Origin: Octopus sinensis
Taxonomy: Eukaryota
Assembly (NCBI RefSeq): GCF_006345805.1
Contig: NC_043002.1
Location: 71,672,001-71,736,000, forward strand
Direction of reading: 5' to 3'
Length of the DNA: 64,000 nt
The notes under the pieces were generated by a model, which was given only the letters and a program-made list of their open reading frames with translations, was not told where the DNA came from and did not search any database. Of the stretch, positions 1-12,800 are shown one piece after another. The position numbers and the translations under genes are program-made. Within the stretch, counting starts at the first letter, position 1. The number at the start of each line of letters is the position of its first letter.

Positions 1-220
1 GGAGAGGAGCTTTCTCCGTCCGGGTTGCGGATCCGTGGAACAAGCTGCCAGACGAGATAGTGAAGATGCCGACGACCGCTTTGTTCAAAGCCTCCCTGGA
101 CCTCAAGTGGCCTGAACTCTTTACATGAACACCACCCTGTACTTAACTCCATGTCCCCCTACATGGCCTTGCTATTTGCTTTTGAGCCAAATTAACTAAC
201 TAACTAACTAACTAACTAAC
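1..220 (+). mobile_element. 3' end of a CR1/L2-clade LINE (ORF2 C-terminus, 3' UTR, (TAAC)n tail); continues beyond the left window edge
   Basis: Frame 3..128 reads RGAFSVRVADPWNKLPDEIVKMPTTALFKASLDLKWPELFT*, the FS.RV...WN.LP...FK motif of CR1/L2 ORF2 ends. A short UTR and a (TAAC)7 tail at 193-220 follow. Confidence 0.85.
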
Positions 221-239
221 GTATTAATGGACATTTCGC

Positions 240-560
240 TTCGTATTGTCTTTGACAATCATATATTTATTATTTACATTATTTACAATTGACGGATAAT
301 TGTTCTCAACTTGTTTGTTGGTAACACAAGGTTTCGGCTAATATACCCTCCAGCCTTCATCAGGTCTTGGGGAAATTTCGAACCTTGGTTCTCATTCCTA
401 AGGTATATTTCGATGTTGTTGTTGTTATTTAGCAACAACGTAAGTACTGAAAATGTAAAACATAGAGATGAACATAACATGTGCAACAAAAATAAAGTAA
501 CGAAACACAAGCTCAAACCCAAGGGATGCACAATGAAAACTAAACTGTATTAGTAATTCA
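240..560 (-). mobile_element. Penelope-like pseudo-LTR fragment carrying a hammerhead-like motif
   Basis: Contains the hammerhead-like core at 323-368 on the minus strand in T/A-skewed pLTR-type sequence. A degenerate relative lies at about 49700-49790 (+). PLE assignment is inference from the motif type. Confidence 0.5.
323..368 (-). ncRNA. Minimal type I hammerhead ribozyme-like motif, probably inactivated
   Basis: Minus strand AAGAC-CUGAUGA-A-GGCU-(12 nt)-AGCC-GAAA-CCUU-GUGUU: canonical CUGAUGA and GAAA boxes, 4-bp stem II, stem I with one mismatch. The stem III palindrome reads ACCU instead of ACGU. Confidence 0.6.
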
Positions 561-2049
561 CAACGATGTAACGCAGGATTGCGCTGATTTTCCTTAAGCA
601 TGACTTGGAGGATATACGTGTCTCAGGAATACTCAGTAAAATTGTGTGATCATTCAACAAATCGAATGACTGTGCTCGCGATCATCGAAATCGACATCAA
701 AGTCCGTCAAATGCAGGTACATGCGTTGTCGAATCATATATAACGTTATAATGTAATATAACATAAAATATAGGGTATGAAATACTATCTAGTCCTCCTA
801 AATATAAATAGAATTGTAAACTAATGCTAGTTTCAACTCACTGCATATGTAATGAATAATAAATCAGAAAACAAACAAACAAGATGTCACATTTATCAAA
901 GCTGTTAGGAAACACGTAATTTATAAAAGATTGGTATTATCAAATTAAAATATCTATACAAAAGTATTTAACTATTTCGTTAATTTTAATTACATTTGGA
1001 TAGAAAAACAATAAGCTGCAATGAAATAAATTAACTTTCTTTAGTTTATTTTGTTAACACAAATGAAATTCCTAGTATTATTTTTTTCGCAATTAACGAT
1101 TAAGCTGTCTTCCAGTCACAACCAAGATATTCCGCCATTTCGTTAAATCACCAACTTAAGTTGAACCAGCGTGACTGTACATCTAGCGACAACGAAGAAG
1201 TGAAATGTGAAAAGTAAAACTAAAACAAACTCTGGGAATGCACGAACATTCTTGGGCGGTACGTTGGAATTACGATACAGTCACGATTGAATTAAAGTAA
1301 TAAAAAAAAAAGGAAACTATTCTCTTTAAATTTAAAGAATTACAAGTAGAATGTGTAAGAAAGTGTTTTCGCAAATTGTCATGGAATGTAAGTATATCAG
1401 CAAGTGATATAAGTTAACTAATTCGCTAGTTTATGCATATTTAATTGAATGCAATGTATTATTTTCGTTAGAGATGCTTTTAGTCGTTCGAAATATATTC
1501 ACTTCTTCAATACTTTTAATTTAAAGATAGCAAGTAATTCACTTTATTGTACAGTCATGACCTGATCACCGATAACCATAAACTTAGACTGAGAAAATAA
1601 CTATTAAATACAAAAAGGATGGAAGATTCTATTTTATCCGCTGTCCTATGATATAATAACACATGTTTTATCACGCGACTTGAAATTAATTTCCTGTTAA
1701 AGAGATATGCAGGAACAAAAATAACTGGATAAAGTTTCTTGGTATGTTATTAAAAGAGTTGGTGGCAAGTCTATTAACCAATTTAGTCACTGAGAAATAA
1801 TTTAATGTCAGAAACAATTGTTTTCAATCAACTTCGCTGCGTCAATAACAGGATAAAAATTGTCTCCTGTTCTGCAAATAGTCGAGACTCTATCAACGTG
1901 AGCAACAGGAACTATTTATTACAAGAAACCTCGGAAACGATAATTATTACATTGATAAAGAAAGTAATAGCTACAGTTATAGATTTTAAATACTTTCCGC
2001 GAATATAAGATCAAGATGAATAATGTGGATTCTGATAAATTTATAGAGT

Positions 2050-2750
2050 GGTAGATCTGCAGGTGGTCGAGATAAATGTGAGGGAAAATTAAGAAAAGCT
2101 GCGGTAGTTTATGTAATATTGAGATGACCGGAGGCTAAAAGTTCAAATATAAAACAGAGAAAGGAATGTTTAGAGAATTTTGTTTTTGTTTAATGTTGCT
2201 TCGAACGTTACACGTAGTGATAGATGGGGAAAAAACATAGCAGCGTTAATGTTCTATTTGGGTCGTTGTCAGCCAGTAATGGATATTGATATAAAGGAGG
2301 AAAGAGAACACATAAACGCATTTAAGACTAGTTTCTGTAGTAAATTTTCTTTTAAATTGACTGATTTAATGATCTTGTTAAAGAGACATATTACCTATCA
2401 CAGCTTAGTTACAGTAATTTGGAATGTCTGAGACTCTTCAGAGAAGCATCAACAAAATAACAGTTCTGTCAGGAAATTGCAGAAACACGTGTTAGTTGTG
2501 ATCCTCAAAGATACAGTATTGGACAAACTATCGATCGAAAATAAATTACACTTTCGTTATCAGACAGAAAATTCCGAACCGTACGTGCCAATTTCCTCCA
2601 ATTAAACATGCTCCAAAATAATGTAATTAACAAGAAAATCGTACATTGTCAAGAGATTCACAGATTAACGGGCAAAAATAAGGAAAACGGCAAAAGTAAA
2701 AATTCGCCGTCTTTTCTTGACTGTTCATTGATATGATTATATCGGGGGTA
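2050..2750 (+). mobile_element. Highly degraded Penelope-like RT/thumb remnant (tentative)
   Basis: Fragments such as FYLGRCQP and KLTDLMILLKRHITYHSLVTVIWN resemble PLE post-RT motifs (YL.F.SCHP; RL.EL...L.KR.YP..LI), with many stops and frameshifts. Confidence 0.3.
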
Positions 2751-2879
2751 GTTAAAGAATAGTAACAAGGCATTTCTGACAGGCTAATAATTTTATGCCA
2801 ATAATATTCCTCTCTTGTCTGTGTCTAGGAAGTCTCAACACAAGCACGCACACGCAAATACACACAGAGTGTGCGTATA

Positions 2880-2903
2880 TATATCGATATTTAGATATGT
2901 GTT

Positions 2904-2935
<32 letters not shown>

Positions 2936-2946
2936 AGAGAGAGAGA

Positions 2947-3016
<70 letters not shown>

Positions 3017-3051
3017 TATTTATAAACACACACACACATATATATACACAC

Positions 3052-3102
<51 letters not shown>

Positions 3103-3104
3103 TG

Positions 3105-3166
<62 letters not shown>
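2880..3166. repeat. Compound microsatellite (TA)n/(CA)n/(GA)n/(GATA)n
   Basis: Directly visible tandem repeats. Confidence 0.95.
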
Positions 3167-3167
<1 letters not shown>

Positions 3168-4196
3168 GTTTGTGTATTATGTTTGTGTATTATGTATTTA
3201 CAGATGTGTATTTACCTTTATATATGTGTATGCATGCGTGTGGGTGCATGTGTATGCTCGCATGCGCGTTTGCGCGCGTGTATGTTCTTGTGATTACCTA
3301 TAAGTAATTAATATGTTCTCTTGATAACTGTTGCTATTCGTCTTACAACAGTCTTTCTCTTATTTCAACAATGTCACACGATATTTACACAACATTTGTT
3401 CGTATTTCATCTAGCACCTAAACTATATCTACAAATAACTGTATTCTTCGTTTGCATAAACTTAATGCCGGTTTAAATCGTGGACCTTAACATTTATTTC
3501 GATTCCATGCTTTCAAACAACATTCAAAATTACGTTACTTACTCGAGCAGTTCTTTATAGATAGCTGTTACCGTTTGTCTTGCACATGTAGAAGACCTCA
3601 GAAACATAATGTCAAGATAAGAATTTTACATATTCATCGGTCCATTTGAAATATTTTTAAGTGTTAAAGTAAAATATTCGTAATTGAAATTCCAAACTGC
3701 ATCACAGTCATATTTTAGATTGAAATCGTTCGTCTTAATTCAATAGCTCACATTTTCCTTTAATAATGGCGATGGCTTGCATATTTATTGTTAATTGTGT
3801 CTACCAGATTCAAACGTAAATATTCTGATCGCTGTTCTTTTCGTCATAGAACAGCTTCTCCTTTACATAACACACTCATTTCATTAATACAAGAGATCTG
3901 GGACGACGATGTTTGGACGTGGGTCACCAACGAAAATATTGGCTCTTGTTAGATCCATTGGTTTCCTTCTTTCTTCATTTATTGGTTTCGACATGTTGTG
4001 ATGAGACACAGTACGTAGAAATACTGATGTTCCACAGTATCTTGTAGTAATGACTCCAGTGTAGTATGAGTGCATATTCGATGAATATTATTGAAAGTCA
4101 ATGGATAGTGAATACTATGAACGCTGTTCCACTTTCTGACTATACACAACAAATTTACTGTATATTCTTTGAACCCAGACCTCAAAATCTTTGTAT

Positions 4197-5952
4197 CGGT
4201 ACCACATGGGGCAAATAATTTTCATGGTAATTTTTGATTTGCAATATGTCCAGTTCTATTTATATATGGCAGCCTTGTCAGAATGGTAGTATAAATAAAC
4301 ATACTCTTCATAAGAAACCGCAAACAAAATCTTCACAAACATCTTTTATTTTGACTATTGCAAGGGCAAAGAAATGATACACAGATCAGAATTTAATAAA
4401 TGTGTGTTTATACTTAATATAGAATTGAATTGAATTTTATATGCATGATATGTCTCGAACATAAAACCAGACATGACGCATCAAGCCTGTCCAGTTTTCT
4501 CATGTGCACACAAGTAATGCCCCTGGGAAAGATTGTATCAATTGTTTTCAAGTCAACAATGATTTTCTGGTAGTTCAGCAGCTGCAAGTTAGCCTGATTT
4601 TGGATCGACCATGTGTACCCAGCATACCATGAAGCTAGTCATCGTGGTTATCCTCGGAATCCGTCAGTTCTAATTCTGGCTCTCTGTCGCAAAATTCAGG
4701 AGCTTGGTAGTCGCATGTTAGTAGTTTGCACATGTCTGTGCACCTCAAGCCAATGCTCAGGCAGTTGCATGCTGGTGGTTTGCAGGAACGCACACATTTT
4801 CAGAACAAAAGCTGAAGAACAACATCCGGTGCAGGTAAGTTGCGTATCCAAGCATTGGCGAGATCACTCTCTTCGTCTTACATCCAACCACAGTCGATGG
4901 GGCTTGGAACAAATGGTTGAGCCTGTAGATGTCTACTCCAAATGACTGCTGGATAGTTTGCACGAAGTACATGCATGAACAGGCAGTCCTCTCAAGAAGA
5001 TAGGTGACTCGACTCAATTTCTCCACGTCTAACACAAAAGATCTCGTATCAAAGTTTATTTACTTCAGTTGTTGAAGCAAGAAGGCATGTACATTTGGTA
5101 GGTTATCATCTGTAGCATTTAAAACAGTTCAGGAGATACATTCCAAAACCGCACCAGTTCACGGAAGGTTTCTTGGAAGGTCTTGTTAGATTTTTTCTGT
5201 TTGAACGTTGTCAGCTCTCCACAACCAACAAAGGCCCTGACTGTATCATAGCCTGCAATGCATGTCAATCAAAGCATCAGAAATGCCACCTCCCAGTGCA
5301 TGACTCATTTTCGTTCTATTCTTTGTACCACACTTCTGGAACAGAGAGCACGAGGTTTTGCTGCAGGGGCCCAGGTACAAAATCAGAAGATCAGTATCCT
5401 CAGACTTGTTTTGCTACAGGTAACAGCAAACACCAGGTCACTTCGAAAAGAAGTAACAAGACGCTTGACCCTTTCTGAGGTATTTGTACACTCATTTTGC
5501 CCAGTCAGTAAGGAATAGAAAAATTTGGTAGCAGTGTCAGGAATGACATTTTGGTTGTTGCTTGGTGGCCATGTTTGACGGAGATCTTGTTTCTTTATCT
5601 GCTGTCTTAGCTGCACTGCTGCTTTGTAGTGAATTCTGAGACAGAATTGTCTTTTATTCTCGCAGCTCCTGATCCAGTCTGTGGTGTTTTACAAGATCAT
5701 CCATGGAAAGTCTGTTTGGGTATACGAAGAGATTGTTCTGGTCATTCGAATTTCTGCTAGATATATCAACGATGCCATATGTGTTGTAGTCATCATGCAC
5801 TGAAGTACTTCAGTATGAGTATTAGTGAAATTTCATAAACCTGCAAAGAACAAAGCTGCCGAAGTGAAAAATGTTATCACATTGTTTTACACTCATTGTG
5901 ACCCTATAAATATTTTGATACCACTTAGGTGTATTCGCTCCAGATGGTACCG
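4197..5952 (-). mobile_element. Internally deleted, degraded Academ-like (AcademX-type: XPG/FEN-like nuclease + CXC Cys cluster) DNA transposon
   Basis: Minus-strand frameshifted pieces: LFVYPNRLSMDDLV; QTWPP..VIPD..KFFYSLLTG..SERVKRLVTSFRSDLVFAVT; then SEDTDLLIL..QKCGTKNRT; AGYDTVRAFVG; VNKL*YEIF..EIESSHL..HVLRANYPAVIW..PSPIDCGW..PAPDVVLQLL; KCVRSCKPPACNCLSIGLRCTDMCKLLTC; stop at 4635-4637. A weak inverted match (17/21 nt) links 4197-4217 and 5932-5952. The superfamily name is my recognition of the domain order. Confidence 0.7.
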
Positions 5953-8424
5953 CTAGCCGACGTGGCTCAAGGACTAGTATCAGGCTAGTCGAAGAACAAT
6001 GAATAAATTTAATATTAAAACTATAATTATAGAAGCTGTTCTATGATAAACAGAACAGCGTTTAGCTTAATCCCGTTAGAATATGCTGTAAAGTATAAAT
6101 TATAAATATCTAGTCGTCCTTTTTATCCACTTTGTTAACTGTGCCTATAACGATTAATTATAATTTGATAATTATTTCTTGCAACATTGAACATTGACAC
6201 ATTTGATAATACTGAAATATTTTCAGTTCAATCAATAATCAATTTTTACTAGTATATATTATATCAAAATTAATGGTGCGTAGAATTCGAGTCTGTCTCT
6301 GTGATATGAACTTGGAGAGGAACAAAGCGAAATACAGTAATACAGTGATCTTCCAGATCACCTTTCTCTGTATTTTACCAACGATACCAACAGGCATGTA
6401 ATTGGACACTTGAACTGCTCGAAATAGCTCCAAAATATCCCTTTTGTCACACATGCTTTAAAAGTGAAAGAGACATTAAAGAATGTAGTCGTAGAAAGAT
6501 TACAATAATTAATCTATTTCAAGTAAATCATTGAGTCTTGTAGTTGTCTTACTGAACGTACATCTAATTATATTTTAGCATCTTACAAAATGGCTTTCAA
6601 TGTTTGTAAGTTGCAAGATAAAATCACCTACCCCGCTTCAATACAGCCTTCTAATACCCAGAATAGTAGTAAGATTATGCGCTTTTAACGTCTTTTGTCC
6701 TAAACTAGAGATCTTAAGTAGAATATTACCAGAGACGTTGTAAACCAGACAGGTAATCATTTCCTCGTTTACCACCGCTACAGACACCTCAACAGGGCCT
6801 ATTTGCAAATAACAGCAATACTCCAAATATGAAAGATCACATAATACACAAGTAAAATAATTTCACAGAAGCTATGTGCATATAGACAATACGAATTCAT
6901 GTCCACGTGGACGGACATGCAATATTGAAATGAGAGTATATGAAACAGAGTCCGTGCCTATTAAAGTGAACAGCATCTATGCTGTGTAGACTTTATTTAT
7001 GGTGGCAGCTGCACGTAAACGCATATCGATGTTCAAACACATAGAGAACATAGATGCAACAACATTCTCGATATACATCTAACATTTAAAAGAGAATGAG
7101 AACAACTAGAAGACTCATTCGCAAGAACTGAAAAATGCTGGAATGATACTGATCATAAATTAATCAGTCTAAAATGCGCTCATTTGGTATAACTAAAAAA
7201 AGAATAGACTCCAATCGTTCTGAGACTTATCTGAACAAAAATTCGGAATTTTTAAAGAAAGACTGCCACATCCTCGTGTATCTGCTAAGAATTTTCAAAT
7301 ACACACGAGGCCCTGATTAAGCAGACTAACATTGATTTATCATTCTTGACTCTTGCATTCATTTATTGAAACTATGGAAACAGCTTGCTTGTGCAAGTGC
7401 GGTCAGTGAAAGCTCTGCCTGCCGGATACCAGTGGGTTTCAGGGAGGTCATCGCGCACCGTTCTGCGACCTACCTTTCGACGACCCTCATTGATGTGAGA
7501 CTTCTACCAACTGGTTCGACTGATTAGTATTCTACTTCAGGTGAATTTCGGGACCATGTCCTGTCTCCACAATACAACGAATTTTATTATCTTACAATCA
7601 CACACTATATTTTACAGAAGCCCACCCAGTTTTTCAACTCGATTTAAAGATATTCTCAGAAGTAAGTTCACAATTATTTCATGTTTGTTTTTGTTTTGGG
7701 TGGGTTTTTTTCACCCGTTTGAATTCTGTAAAATACCGAGGGAAAATACCCATCAGTCAGTATGTTTTCAAAGAGCTATTCTCCTTGCTATACTCTAAAA
7801 TTAAAATGCATGATATGTATATGGAGAAGAATACAGAAATGCATGTAGGTCGGTAGCTATTCGAGTAATTACGTAATAGCTAGATAGTTTTATAAAAATA
7901 TGCAAAGTATAGAGCAAGTCGGTTGAAAGATAAAATGATACGGCGAAGATATTAACAGTGACATTGAGTGAGGATCGAAGATAGATAAATAGAGAGATAT
8001 GCAGATCAGAATGGAGTTTGAAAATCCGATTGATTATTACATATGTAGTTAAAGAGATACAAAGAAACTTTTTTCAATATTGTAGAAGATGGAGAATAAG
8101 TTAAGAGGAAAAAGTATTCGCGGCAATAAAATAAATATAAGGGGGAGAGAATATGAGATGTCATGATTAAATAGAGTGGTTTCATCTATTTGCGACATAA
8201 AGAAAAATTCACCAATCGGCGAGAAAGAGATAAGGAGAGACAAAACAAAATCAACAGAAAGAAAGGAAGGAAGAATGAATGAATGAAAAACATGAAGTTG
8301 AATAATGAGTGCAAATGAACAATAGATTAGAAAGAAAAAAGGAAGGTAGAAAAGAACAACAAAATCAGCGATAAGAAGATTAAATTTTATAATAAAAAAA
8401 AACAGAAAAAAGGTAGATAGTTAT

Positions 8425-8432
8425 ATAGACGG

Positions 8433-8527
<95 letters not shown>

Positions 8528-8532
8528 CAGAG

Positions 8533-8595
<63 letters not shown>

Positions 8596-8655
8596 TAGAT
8601 AGATAGATAGATAGAATGAATGAATGAGTGTATGAATGTATGAATGAATGAATGA
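8425..8655. repeat. Compound microsatellite (TA)n-(GA)n-(GACA)n-(GATA)n-(GAAT)n
   Basis: Directly visible. Confidence 0.95.
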
Positions 8656-9827
8656 AAGACGGTGACAGAAACAAAGGGAGAAGAATAGACGCAGGCAGCA
8701 GAATGAGAGAAAAATAAAAAGCAAAACAAAAGGTAAGAAATCTGTGGGAGTCTGGAGTATTTCATTACCACAAAGTAAAGTGGTGGGAAACGGAAGTGTG
8801 GAAGAGTGTAGAATCGAAGAAAAGAGATACAAAGAAAATTTTTTTTCAGTATTGTAGAAGATGGAGTATAAAATGAAAACTGAACAAAGTGATTGGGAGG
8901 AAAATTAGAGAGAAAATTCAAAAACATAGATTTATATTATAAAGTGTTAAGCAAGTGGTATAAGAACACAAATATGAACCATGAGAAATAAATAAAAAAA
9001 AAATTAAGGGAGACATGAGACGTGAAACCCGTCTGCAGCGTTGTGACGATTTCTGGTGTGTAAATAGTGTGCAGGTGATGAATGGTGGTCGATAATGATA
9101 AAGGCAGTGGCTGTTGTGGTGGTAGCGATGGTGGAGTTTGTGGTAAAAAGCAGCGTATTGCATGTGTAAATACAAGGCAATATGATGAGGTATCCCGTAT
9201 AGCTTGCGATCAAAATTGTTGATGCTTTTAAATTTTCTTTTTATTCTTTTTTTCTAATTTTCTCCTCATTTTCATTCTCTATGTTGAAGTTAGAACATAA
9301 GCTCAAATATCAATTGCAACAGATGTGCACGCGCGCACACACGCACACACAAACACGCACACACATATATATAGTTGGGAATTTACAAGAACATAATGAA
9401 TTTACAAAAACCATGTGGTCGGTAAGCAAGTCACTTACCATACAGACACTCCTGCGCCTATATATATATGTGTATATATATATATTATATATATAGAGAG
9501 AGAGAGAGAGAGGGGGAGGGCGAGAGGGGGAGAGAGACATACAGACAGACAGATTAATAAACACAGTATATATTTTTATGAGCTACAAATAGTTCCATGC
9601 GATGAAACTGATTCAGACAACATCTAGTGCATTTACGCAATCTTCAGGCACCAGATGTGTCATAGAATAACGTCTGAGTTATTTTCCTCACTTGAAAATA
9701 TTGACAGCTCGTAAAAGAAAATACTCTGCTTTCTTAAACGATATTTATCTTTCACCAGATGGAGTTCTTTTTTGTTGAACAAGGATACCTCTCTTTCTAA
9801 TTCTAATGTACATGTGTGTGTGTGTGC

Positions 9828-9893
<66 letters not shown>

Positions 9894-10754
9894 CATGCAT
9901 ATAAATTAGAGAAGAACCACCATGTAGCAATTCAACAATGAAATACTTAAATCATACCATATAGAAAAAAAACTTAAAGATACGATAAAACATTTACCTA
10001 GAACTAAATAAAGTACGAAATAATAAATAAAGAGTATATAATTAGTACATAATTATATACTATTTATTTACTCTGTAAATATATATATAGAGAGAGATAG
10101 ATAGATACAGTGTACATTTAAACACATAAGAGATGACCATAATAGGACATCTGACTCACTAGAAAAAGCAGTTAAAACACCAAGCCACTAATAGTTGCAA
10201 ATCTGAAAAGGAATGAAAAATAGAAAGCATTTACGCTATCTTTCCTGGATTATGCATAGTTTCGGCAATCTTATGTAAATACAATAAAATATTCTTAATT
10301 TACAACTGGTGTTGCCTCTTCAGCAGGAGGCCAAGGCTCACATATAGACACGAGGCGATAAAGAACATGCCTCGTGTTTATATGTTATAACTTTTCAAAA
10401 TCCTCTGCGCAGGCGCGGAGTTTCCGATTTTCTTTCAAGATTAACATATATGTTATATATTGCTGTTGTTGTAACGCCTGCTCGTATTCATGATGTAATT
10501 TTTTACAGATGCTGCCGCTACTACTACTACTGCTACTACTACCACTAAGTCGACGATGTCGTTTGTTATTTCTGTGATACTATACTGAACGTGGATACAT
10601 TAATTAATTTAATATACCAATAATACACCTGCTGCCAAGAGCTTCTGCAGAAATTTGAAACGTCAAAAACGTTAGCAATTGTAATATTGGTTTCAAATAT
10701 TGGCACAAGTTCGGGGAAGGGTGGGAGGGAATGAATTACATAGACCTCAGTACT

Positions 10755-11565
10755 CAACTGGTACTTTTTTTATCGACTCCAAAAGGATCAAAGGCAAAAC
10801 GGCATCGGCGGAATTTGATCTCAAAAAGTAAAGACAGACGAAATGACACTCTGCATTATGCCCGCTGTCCTAACGCTTCTTTTCTACTCTAGGCAAAAGG
10901 CCAAAAATTTTGGGGGAGGGGATCCAGTCGATTAGATCGACCCCACTACGCAACTGGTACTTAATTTATCGACCCCGAAAGCGGAATTACAACTCAGAAC
11001 GTAGCAATAGGTGAAATGCCGCTAAGCATTTTTTCCGGCATGCTAACGATTCTGCCAGCTTGCCGCCTTAATAATGATATTCCTTTCTACTCAAGGCACA
11101 AGGCACAAAATTTTGAGGGAGCGGTCCAGTCGATTAGATCGACCCCAGGACGCAACTAGTGCTTAATTTATCAACCCCGAAATGATGAAAGGCAAAGTCG
11201 ACCTCAGCGGAATTTGAACTCATAACGTAGCGGCAGACGAAATACCAGACAGATTAAGTCGATTACATCGACCCCAGTGCGTAACTGGTACTTAATTTAT
11301 CGACCCCGAAAGGATGAAAGGCAAAGTCGACCTCGGCGAAATTTGAACTGAGAACGTAACGGCAGACGAGATACGGCTACGCATTTCGCCCGGCGTGCTA
11401 ACGTTCCTGCCAGCTCGCCTTTTTAATAATGGTTTCAAATTTTGCCAATTTTGGGAGAGGGGATGATCGATTACATCGACCCCAATGTTCGACTTATGGT
11501 TATTTCATCGACCTCGAAGGGGTTTGAACTCAGAACGTAGCGACAGGCGAAATACAGCTAAGCAT
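10755..11565 (-). mobile_element. Tandem cluster of about 5 partial copies of tRNA-derived SINE family A
   Basis: Repeated blocks 'atcgaccccgaaaggatgaaaggcaaagtcgacctcggcggaatttgaactcagaacgta' and 'gcatttcgcccggcgtgctaacg..ctgccagctcgcc'. The reverse complement carries an A-box-like 'agctggcagaa' and a B-box-like 'gttcaaattcc'. Confidence 0.85.
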
Positions 11566-11569
11566 AATG

Positions 11570-11905
11570 ATGGTGACTATGGTGGTGATGATGGTGGTGA
11601 TGGTGGTGGTGATGGAATGCTGCTATTGATGTTATTATCGTTGATGCTATTGTTGGTGGAGTAGGTAGTAGTGGTGGTGGTGGTGGTGGTGGTATTCGTG
11701 GTGTCGGTGCTGGTTGTCGTGGTGGTGGTGGTGGTGATGGTTGTGGTGGTGGTGGTGGTGGTGGTGGTGGTGGTGGTGATGCTAGTGGTGTTGCTGCTAG
11801 CGATGGACTGTTGTCATTGACGGTATTGCTGTTGATGGTGGTGATTAAGTGGTGGTGGTGCGGGTGCTGCTGCTGCTGCGGCTGCTGGTGGTGCTGGTGG
11901 TGGTA
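11570..11905. repeat. Degenerate (GGT)n/(GCT)n trinucleotide low-complexity region
   Basis: Directly visible. Confidence 0.9.
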
Positions 11906-12219
11906 ACTGATGGCGGAGACGTCCGCGGAGATGTCTAGCGAAGAATAAGATTGAGGATACAGAGTAGCTAGTTTGCATCAGCGACGACAGCAATAAAAAG
12001 AGTGCATAATATGCAATGATGTTTTTGTGCAACGACTGGCCATCCCATGAGATAAATGATGGCTAAGAACTTCTCGACCAGCAAAAAATCACTTAACGTT
12101 ATCTTTAATCCTTCATCTGAATTTCCAAGGGACATAGATTCTGCTGCTTATCTTTAGTTTTCATATGCTTGCGCGTGCGCACACAGACGTCAAGCGTCCA
12201 CACATCGAGCATACACACA

Positions 12220-12223
12220 CAAG

Positions 12224-12261
<38 letters not shown>

Positions 12262-12374
12262 CACTCATACAGACAGACAAATATATATCCGTACAAATAT
12301 TGTGTGCACGTATGCATATAGAAATAAATATATATATATGTTTACATGTCATCTATTCATATGTATATACATAT

Positions 12375-12429
<55 letters not shown>

Positions 12430-12454
12430 GTATGTTTATGTATATAAATGTATG

Positions 12455-12502
<48 letters not shown>

Positions 12503-12684
12503 TGTGTCTGTGTCTGTGTATATTTATATATGTGTACACACATATATATATGCATATATATATATATATATATTTCTGTGTATGGATATATATATAAATG
12601 TATACATATATGCATATATACATTTATATATACATATGCATATGCAAATACACACACACACACAAACACAAACAAATACACACA

Positions 12685-12739
<55 letters not shown>

Positions 12740-12800
12740 TTTTCATATATATATACATATATACATATGTATGTATATATTTATGTATGTATGTATGTTC
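12220..12800. repeat. Long compound (TA)n/(TG)n/(CA)n microsatellite
   Basis: Directly visible; source of many spurious YI/CV ORFs. Confidence 0.95.

Noticed and set aside
7440-7500. Hammerhead-like CAAUGA-GGGUCGUC-GAAA on the minus strand
   Set aside because: The core box and stems are too degenerate to distinguish from chance.
10755-11565. CRISPR-like repeated units
   Set aside because: The repeats are long, degenerate SINE copies with irregular spacing in eukaryotic DNA, and there are no cas genes.
11814-12032. Signal-peptide-like ORF MHKNIIAYYALFLLLSS..
   Set aside because: It starts at TTG with an in-frame stop shortly upstream and no ATG, and it runs into a simple repeat.
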